Below, in pieces: positions 6,397 through 13,322 of a stretch of DNA of 13,322 nt. The stretch's first letter is position 1. The number at the start of each line of letters is the position of its first letter. The DNA lies in assembly GCF_006345805.1 (NCBI RefSeq), contig NW_021826182.1, positions 1 through 13,322 of the forward strand, in the 5' to 3' direction. The notes below the pieces were generated by a model that was given only the letters and a program-made list of their open reading frames with translations, did no database searches and had not been told where the DNA came from. The translations under genes were made by a program, and so were the position numbers. This stretch comes from Octopus sinensis. Taxonomy: Eukaryota.

Positions 6397-9023
6397 GCCC
6401 CTTTCTGTCTATTATCGCTGTGAACGCACGTTCTCTAAAGAGAAGGCGTTCAGAGATTGAGGATATGTTATCCCATAACCCCGTGGACCTTTTGATCGTA
6501 AACGAAACAAAAATCAAAAAACATGATGATTACTACTTGGATGGCTATCGTTCCCTTGATATTAAGTGGAAGCCGGGCTCGATCGCTGGAACAGGCACTT
6601 CTATTTACTACAAATCAACTCTAAGGGTGAAAAATCTAAAAATTGTGTCCGAGGAATTGTGTGAATTCCTCACAATCGACGTCCTTCTGGAAAAAGGGTG
6701 GGTAACAATCGGAGGGATGTACTCAAAATCCCTTTCCAATTACTCATCGCTTATCAAGGACTTTTTTGCCGATAAACACAATCATTTGTCAATACTCCTC
6801 GGGGATCTAAATGCCAAATGCACATCTTTTGGCTGTCTGAGAACCAACAGGGATGGCATCATTCTTAAGAAGCTTTCAGAATCTCTCAGTTTCTCGGTCA
6901 TCACATCAAAAACCCCAAATCATTACTCACCAGGAGGGTGGGACTATTTGGGCGTAGCATTGGTCTCTATGTCTACTCTTCAATTTATGGAACAACCGTA
7001 CACCTTAAATGATATTGGAAGTGACCATCTACCAATTTTATACAAACTCAACCTTGGACCTTTAAAGGGTAAACCAACTTTTATACGATATAACCTCTCG
7101 ACTATAAACTGGGAACACTACCGAAAATGTTTTACACTTTATCTGAGCAATTTCGCTCCTAAACTTGACGAAAATTCTTCATCTGAGGACCTCGAGAAGT
7201 CTAGCAATTCCCTTATTGGATACATAAAGTCTTATCTGGAAACATATTCTACAAAAATCGTCTCAAACAATAGGAAAACTCACATGCCAAACATGAATGT
7301 TGAAATCCTACTAAGGAAAAAACAATGTCTAAGGAACAAACTCCGGCGCTGCGCAGATTTTCGTGACCGGTCCGTTTTGGAAAGTGAAATCTTCACCATT
7401 ACGGAAGAAATAAGAAAATCGGCGAAGGTGGCGAAGGATAAAAAATGGAATACTGAGTGCAAAAAGCTACATAAAGGAAGTCCAAATTTTTGGAAGGTCT
7501 ACTCGAAATTAACCTCGACGTCTGAGAAAACTATACCTAAACTGCTAAAACAAGATGGATCCCCTGCATCTCATGAAGAAATCCCGAACATATTTGCTGA
7601 TAGTCTCAAAAGAATACAAGAAGTCAATCCGGATACAAATCTATCTGATTCAGCTTTGTTTGATATGGAAAAAGAGTTGGAAGACAATCTTAGCTCATTA
7701 CCAATGTGCTCGGAATCTATAACGTGCAAAGACGTGGAAAATGCAGTTAGATACTCCAAAAATAACGCTCCGGGAAAGGACAAGATAACCATGCGCATGT
7801 TCAAAGAAGCTCCCAAGCAACTTTACGAATATTTGGGATGTCTCTTCTCCCGCAGTGTGAGCTTGGGATACGTCCCTTCTTCATGGAAACTGACGGAGGT
7901 AAGGATGATACGGAAGCCTGGAAAACCTGGTTACTTGGCGACAAGTTATAGGCCTATAAGCCTAATTCCTACCATCAGTCGAATAATGGAAAGGGTAATG
8001 TTTGAACGACTCTCTGAACACGTCGAGAGAAATGGTTATCTCAAAGACGTGCAGTGGGGCTTTCGGAGGGGTCGTTCCTGTGCTGACTGTCTTTATACAC
8101 TCAATTCGTCGATTGTAAAGGCTCTGGATTTCAAAGAGTGTCTGACAATTGTGTCTCTAGACATCTCAAAAGCCTTTGATATGGTTTGGCACCTCGGTCT
8201 CCTTAGACATCTGGCGAAGTGTCACATAGACAAAGGACTATTCCTATGGCTAAAAGACTTCCTCCGCGACAGGCGCTCTGTGATAAGCTTTCTGAACTAT
8301 GACTCGGATGAACTGAAACTTAAAAGAGGCGTCCCTCAAGGATCAGTCCTCAGTCCTCTATTATTCAACATTGTGATGAGCAATCTGCCGTCTCCTGTCA
8401 ACACACGGACGGAAATTTTGATATACGCCGATGATGTTGTAATCCTTGACATTTCATCGAAACCTGCCTTATCCGAACAAAGGATTATATCATATATGAA
8501 TACAGTGGAGCAATGGTGCGATGAAAATATGTTCATTATTGCGCGTGAGAAGTCCGCATTACTGAGAATCACAGAAAGCAGAAATTTAATAAATTTACCG
8601 TGCCTGATCAAGAACATACCTCGACAAAACTCAATTAAATATCTTGGCTTGTTCATCGATGAAAAGGGAAACTATCTCGAAAACGCAAAATTAAGTAAAA
8701 GGAAAGCAACTAATGCTCTGTTCTGCCTGAGGAAGTTAAATTTGGAGCCTGATACTTTCCTCTACGTTTTCAATACGGTGATCCTACCGGGACTACTATA
8801 CGGAAAAGAGGGATGGTACTTCTCTAAAAAGAAGGACACCATCTTAACTAAATTTGAAAAGTCTCGCAGGCTCGCTTTGAAGCTTGCTTACCACCAAAAA
8901 GTTGAAGATCCAATCCCCCTGTGGCTTGAAAGTAAATCCTCCATGGTCGGTGAAACTGTCGAAAAAGCTATAAGTGGTTATAAATCCAACTCAATTGTCA
9001 CTGGGACGTACCTGCAGAGGTAG
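6393..9023 (+). CDS. ORF2: APE (EEP) endonuclease plus reverse transcriptase, 876 aa
   Basis: EN motifs NARSL, NETK, GMYS, GDLNAK, GSDHLPI (7017-7037). RT motifs APGKD, WK....IRKPGK, YRPISL, QWGFR.GRS, LDISKAFD.VWH, GVPQGSVLSPLLF, YADD (8424-8435), KYLG. No internal stops or frameshifts. Confidence 0.97.
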   Translation: MSPFLSIIAVNARSLKRRRSEIEDMLSHNPVDLLIVNETKIKKHDDYYLDGYRSLDIKWKPGSIAGTGTSIYYKSTLRVKNLKIVSEELCEFLTIDVLLEKGWVTIGGMYSKSLSNYSSLIKDFFADKHNHLSILLGDLNAKCTSFGCLRTNRDGIILKKLSESLSFSVITSKTPNHYSPGGWDYLGVALVSMSTLQFMEQPYTLNDIGSDHLPILYKLNLGPLKGKPTFIRYNLSTINWEHYRKCFTLYLSNFAPKLDENSSSEDLEKSSNSLIGYIKSYLETYSTKIVSNNRKTHMPNMNVEILLRKKQCLRNKLRRCADFRDRSVLESEIFTITEEIRKSAKVAKDKKWNTECKKLHKGSPNFWKVYSKLTSTSEKTIPKLLKQDGSPASHEEIPNIFADSLKRIQEVNPDTNLSDSALFDMEKELEDNLSSLPMCSESITCKDVENAVRYSKNNAPGKDKITMRMFKEAPKQLYEYLGCLFSRSVSLGYVPSSWKLTEVRMIRKPGKPGYLATSYRPISLIPTISRIMERVMFERLSEHVERNGYLKDVQWGFRRGRSCADCLYTLNSSIVKALDFKECLTIVSLDISKAFDMVWHLGLLRHLAKCHIDKGLFLWLKDFLRDRRSVISFLNYDSDELKLKRGVPQGSVLSPLLFNIVMSNLPSPVNTRTEILIYADDVVILDISSKPALSEQRIISYMNTVEQWCDENMFIIAREKSALLRITESRNLINLPCLIKNIPRQNSIKYLGLFIDEKGNYLENAKLSKRKATNALFCLRKLNLEPDTFLYVFNTVILPGLLYGKEGWYFSKKKDTILTKFEKSRRLALKLAYHQKVEDPIPLWLESKSSMVGETVEKAISGYKSNSIVTGTYLQR

Positions 9024-9028
9024 AAAAG

Positions 9029-9056
<28 letters not shown>
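9024..9056 (+). repeat. Poly(A) tail (A4-G-A28)
   Basis: Starts immediately after the ORF2 TAG (9021-9023). Confidence 0.95.
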
Positions 9057-9059
<3 letters not shown>

Positions 9060-9921
9060 ACTTGAGGGGGTCTCTTTTTTTTCTGGGAAGAAGTCGATAG
9101 GGTAGTCCTATTGTTTCATTATACAAACTCCCCCCTAACCTTTAACCCTTCTCTGTTTCCAATAAAACTTCCTATTCCTATTCCTATGTCGTTGTGATTG
9201 ATTATTAATTTTTCTAAAAAATTGAAAAATCATTAATCAATTATTCTCAGAAATAATTCGGAGGTAACGAGTGGGGCATAGTAATCCCTGAGGCATGTGA
9301 CATAATATAATTCACACCCCTGAAAATGGACAGTCGGGCGACCATGTCTATGAGGACAGGCTTATTTGACATGTTTGGTTGTTTTGTCTGAGAGAACTGA
9401 CGGCTTCCAAGCCTTTCTGTACATTTCTACAGGCAATGATGAGATGGCGGGAGGGATCACTTCCCACTAATAGTTTATCAGTGGAGTAGCCCATTCCACT
9501 ACAGTAGACAAGAGACATTACCTTTTGGAACCAGTAATGACTACTTTCATTCGAGTATTCGTAATTTAATGAACTAATTTAATAAACTAATTTGCCTGCT
9601 GTCAATTTTTATACTTAAAATAAAAGACGAAACGCGTTATCAATTTAATTAGCGCACTCAAGAAAGTCAGAAGACAAGCTACCCGGCTAGCCCATGGCTA
9701 AGGATGGCGAGAAGAGCACTCGGAACCCAGGAATTGTCCTTCAAAGGTCTATCTAAGGTCCTAGTAAAGATAATGTCTGGGTACCAGGTAAGGCGGTAAG
9801 TCTTAGTTTGCGGCTGAGAAGTGAGCGTGTGTCCGGGACTAAAAAGGCAGGAATGTCAAAGGTCCTTATCTATTCTCCACTAACAGCCTCTTTTTAAATA
9901 AAAATTTTTCTTCTTCTGCGT

Positions 9922-10069
9922 AATTTTAAAGCTATACTTCTAGGGATCATTTCTAAAATTTGCTTTGAGAGAACGTTCATAAAAATTGTTTTTCATCATC
10001 AATTTTAAAGCTAGCCTTCTTAGGATCATTTCTAAAATTTGCCCTGAGAGAACGTTCATCAAAATTGTT
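9922..10069 (+). repeat. Imperfect tandem duplication, 69-bp core, 79-bp period
   Basis: AATTTTAAAGCTA...GGATCATTTCTAAAATTTGC..TGAGAGAACGTTCAT.AAAATTGTT at 9922-9990 and 10001-10069, about 90% identical. Confidence 0.9.
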
Positions 10070-10519
10070 CTTACATAAAGCTGTGATGATGTTATATACT
10101 TTGCATTGCTTAAACGTGACTTGACGTTCTTCTTTGAACGTTTGGACGATTGTTCCTGTTGATTAGAGGTTATGTAGAGTTTCTGAGCAGTTTTGCTTTT
10201 TTAAATTATCTAACTTCGTTAACATTTTTATGTTCCACGGTTATCTTTTTGGTTCCGAAAGATTTTTTCCCATTTTCAAATTACAGCCAAACCAAATCTT
10301 AGGATTCTTTTTTTATGTTTCCTTCTGCCCTTGAAGGCTTTCTATCTTGAAAAATCTCAAATCAAACTAAAAAGATAGAGAAGCTTAAAGAGATCGAGCC
10401 TAATTTGCCTCTTTTACTCCCCTGAAACTATTTTTCCGCCCCAAAACCTTTTACACGATAAGATGTACACCGTGTTTTCACAGAGATTACCTTCTCTCCG
10501 ACTTTGACCTTATCCTTAG

Positions 10520-11195
10520 GATCTTTACGAGCTCACGCTGCAATCTGGTCTTCGACGATCCCCGCGGTGTTTGATTAAAAGCTCTCCCTTTGCCTTCCAT
10601 CTCGATCTGGTGGACAAGGATTGCAATCTCCCTCCGTGTCTGGGTGAAGATCTTTCAGGCGCACAAATGCCTTTGTGTGGGAACTGTTGAGAGTACGATT
10701 TGCACCCTCTCGCTTGCTGTCGGAGTGCCGGTCAGCTGCTCGCCACAGTGAACTCAACGCAATCATACAGAGAGGTTTTGTTTCTGTGGGTGTCCCGTCA
10801 ATCTTGAGCCGGTGGAGCTGGATAGAGAAGACGGAAAAAGCTCAAATGTCCACCTTCCCTTACGAGCAGGGGAAATCTCGTATTCGGGACTTCACCTGCT
10901 CAGACACCGACTGAAATCGCGCACTTCCCGCTGTTGATCCTGGGCACGCTTCGAGGCTGACCGAGGATTGCAAGATTCTTAAGTAAGGCCACCTCTCGAA
11001 TTCGCTTCTTTTACTCCTTGGAGTCTTCGGGGATCTTTGGCCCCAAGACGCGCCTCTTCCGTCGCTCGCTTGGTTGACGGATATCAATGATAAAAAACGA
11101 TTCCAGAGAATCATTTTGGCTCTTGGAACGTTTGTCGATCCCTGTATTCGTGGAATGACATTGCTATTCGCCAGGCTGTCCGAGCGTCTTATTAA
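10520..11195 (+). mobile_element. Degenerate CRE-like non-LTR fragment 4 (pre-zinc-finger region through RLE to the stop)
   Basis: Across frameshifts: G.*LKALPLPS..RIAISLRV.VKIFQAHKCLC.GTVE..HPLACCRSAG..RHSELNAIIQRGFVSVGVPSILEPVELDREDGK..MSTFPYEQGKS..DFTCSDT..VDPGHAS...EDCKILK..ESSGIFGPKTRLF..SLG.RIS..NDSRESFWLLERLSI..IRGNDIAIRQAVRASY* (TAA at 11193-11195). The catalytic RPD motif is degraded. Confidence 0.87.
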
Positions 11196-11252
11196 CTGAT
11201 CAAATTATTGTTTCTAATTTTTAAATAATGAAAATCTTTGGGATAAAAAAAT

Positions 11253-13110
11253 TTAAAAGAATGAAGGTTTGTATCCTTTTTTTTCAATGTAGACATCAAA
11301 ATGGTATCTGAGAGCCCGAAATTTTACAATCGTAGTTATATGTGTATTTTTACTTTCAAGACCAACAAACTCATCACTTTTCAAAGCAAAACTGATTTCT
11401 AAATTCAAAAATATTTGGAGAACAGTCACGTTCTCACTGGCCTTTCTTTTCAATTTATTCGTAGGTTGGCACTCAGGTAACATTCCACAGAGCGAACAAC
11501 CTGACATATCGGCATAGTCCGGGGATCAGACACATCTTGTCCCACACAATCTCGAAGGGAGGTCTTTCACAGGCACTGCAGTTGGAGGTGGAGAGCACAT
11601 CCATGACTGCAGTGAAATTGTCATTCCACGCAAAATGGCCATGTTCTGGTAATAACAAACACAGCCACATTAAAACACAACACGAGAGGACCCCACCCAG
11701 CCTCCAATCCTCCCTCGGAAACCAATCGAATGAGGACCTGTTCTGCCATTTCTCTTTTACGACGTTCCTATGAATGTACAAGGGAATGGGACCACACTAT
11801 GAGTTCTTCCATAGACATCTTCATACACAGTCGAGAGTAACCAGTACAGTTCTCCAAATACGTGTGCACATTGTCGTAGGATAACACTCCCGTGACACTC
11901 CAGTCCCCGCATATTCCACTCTCGCACAACTCCCTCCACCAAAGAAAGCAAAGTACTCATTTGGGAGTACTACAAATAATAACGAGAGGCCACCAGCATA
12001 TCATAAACAGACTGAGGGATTTCACAATGTCCTCCAAAACAAGAGAAATGAGCAGACGACCTCCCAACGTGTCCAGAAAGAGGGTCAGTTTGGCCAACAT
12101 GTCCTCCACCTGGTCATAGATCAGATTCAGCACGTGTGCAGGAGTAACCGAGGGTGGTCCCCCTCCCCCATATTGACACTGGACGATTAGAAGGGTTACC
12201 TACCAGTGCACTGAACACCCGTCCATGTAGACCAGTCTAATGAGAGGATAAAACACGTTTCCGACACGGAATCCCATCTGGTCATAAAATTCCGCAATTC
12301 CGTAATTTTGACTCCACAAAATGGATTCACTCTAACAGAATACTCAGACTCACTTTGATGGCCTTAAGTAGCAAGACCTCCTCTCACTGTCCTCCAACTC
12401 CACCGCCTTGCCACTCTCTCGCCAACCAAACCTTCTAACAAAGGCACCCTGAAGGAAAGCCTGCAGGGTCTCTGCGGCTAGAGAATAAAAGAAGACGTTC
12501 CGGTCTCCCATGAGGACCAGTTTAGACAGAAGACAGGCAATGAGATGTCTCTCCAGTGCCTACCACATCAAAACGTGTCCAAACCAGAAAGTCAAATGTC
12601 CTGAATAGTAGGAATACCAATTTCATCAATTGTTGTCTTGTCGAAAAGGACACGTGCAAATATTGATTTTCAAATGTACGGCCGTGGGACAAGAGTTGGA
12701 CGACGACCGAGCAGACCTGTGTCCTAACCAGGTCTCGGAAACCTCTTTCTGAAATGATGTGACACCCAAACCGTGCTAAACAGCTTGTTGTTCAATACTG
12801 AAATAATTAGTTCAATAGAAAGGGCCATGCCCCCATTTTCTGAATCCACTTGGATTTGTCTCCTCCGGCCACTGCACACAAGTCCTGAGATAAAGCCAAA
12901 AGTGACCTGAATGAACATTTTGGCGTCCCCCTCATAGGAGTTGAGTCCCGGGGGGAGAGGACAGTCACTCACTCTCCCCGGAGTGGACGGGTCGTCGTTC
13001 AATGTCGATGCACGATCAAATACAGAGGAGGCCAACGTGTTGGTAACCCAATAAATGACCTGTCAGAGAACATCTGAGGATATGTGCTCGTACATTGCCA
13101 CCACGAAGAA
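11253..13110 (-). CDS. Putative uncharacterised multi-exon host gene (fragmented reading frames, possibly very short introns)
   Basis: About 50% GC with coding-like codon pattern on the minus strand, e.g. SILWSQNYGIAEFYDQMGFRVGNVFYPLIRLVYMDG, PAHVLNLIYDQVEDMLAKLTLFLDTLGGRLLISLVLEDI, MSMEELI/ERRKREMAEQVLIRL, HFAWNDNFTAVMDVLSTSNCSACERPPFEIVWDKMCL. Several frame breaks coincide with short GT..AG segments. No family recognised; boundaries approximate. Confidence 0.35.
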
Positions 13111-13322
13111 CACGTCTGGAGGCCGGAGTTCCTCGATTCAGGTGGTCCACGAAGGGAGAGGAGGGAGACCAGGTGGTCCACGCCTGCCTGAGAATAAGTC
13201 TGGTCGCCTGCGTGAGAATAAGGCAGTCTTTGTGATGCAGTATCTGATCGACTGAAGACCGATTTTCACGGCTGAGGGAATTCGCGAATTGACTGCCTCA
13301 AAGAAAGGGGGGTAATCTCAAA
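12340..13322 (+). repeat. Terminal direct repeat, copy B (matches 1-983)
   Basis: See copy A; runs to the last base of the window. Confidence 0.97.

Larger units (their letters stand above)
5995..9056 (+). mobile_element. Jockey/I-group non-LTR retrotransposon, 5'-truncated within ORF1, ORF2 uninterrupted, poly(A) tail
   Basis: ORF1 remnant with the end of a CCHC knuckle, overlapping APE-RT ORF2 without RNase H, A-tail at 9024-9056. No target-site duplication found. 5' boundary approximate. Confidence 0.9.

Noticed and set aside
4223-8656. Short track ORFs 4223-4420, 4915-5208, 6018-6350, 6074-6301, 7280-7462, 7571-7816, 8336-8656
   Set aside because: Antisense or alternative-frame shadows of transposon coding sequence with no motifs of their own.
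6393-9023. RT as a prokaryotic system (retron, DGR, group II intron, defence RT)
   Set aside because: N-terminal APE domain, ORF1 knuckle and poly(A) tail identify a eukaryotic LINE.
9131-9186. Telomere-like CCCTAACC/TAACCC and (TTCCTA)3
   Set aside because: Only 2-3 imperfect units in a pyrimidine-rich tract; not distinguishable from chance.
11253-13110. Alternative genetic code to explain the stops
   Set aside because: Both TAG and TGA interrupt the frames and frame changes are still needed; ORF2 reads normally under the standard code.
1-13322. Terminal repeats as LTRs of one retroelement
   Set aside because: No TG..CA ends, primer-binding site, polypurine tract or gag-pol; repeats run to the window edges and cut through a coding-like region.

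Overview
Eukaryotic, transposon-dense DNA; no prokaryotic operon, CRISPR array, rRNA or tRNA is evident. The first 983 nt recur almost exactly at the end (1-983 vs 12340-13322; 10 differences, 9 of them indels), so the window is either a 12,339-bp circle or tandem unit, or a long-read contig with overlapping ends. The only intact long ORF is the APE-endonuclease + reverse-transcriptase ORF2 (6393-9023) of a 5'-truncated Jockey/I-group non-LTR retrotransposon with an ORF1 remnant and a poly(A) tail. Most other recognisable coding sequence is decayed transposon debris that the ORF track does not show in its true frame: four CRE-like restriction-like-endonuclease (RLE) fragments, an R4/Dong-like RLE fragment, a hAT transposase C-terminus, an internally deleted pogo/Tigger element and a frameshifted RTE-like LINE. 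An unexplained, roughly 50% GC, coding-like minus-strand segment (about 11250-13110, duplicated in part at 1-770) may be a host gene interrupted by very short GT-AG introns. All family assignments come from manual translation and motif recognition, not database searches.
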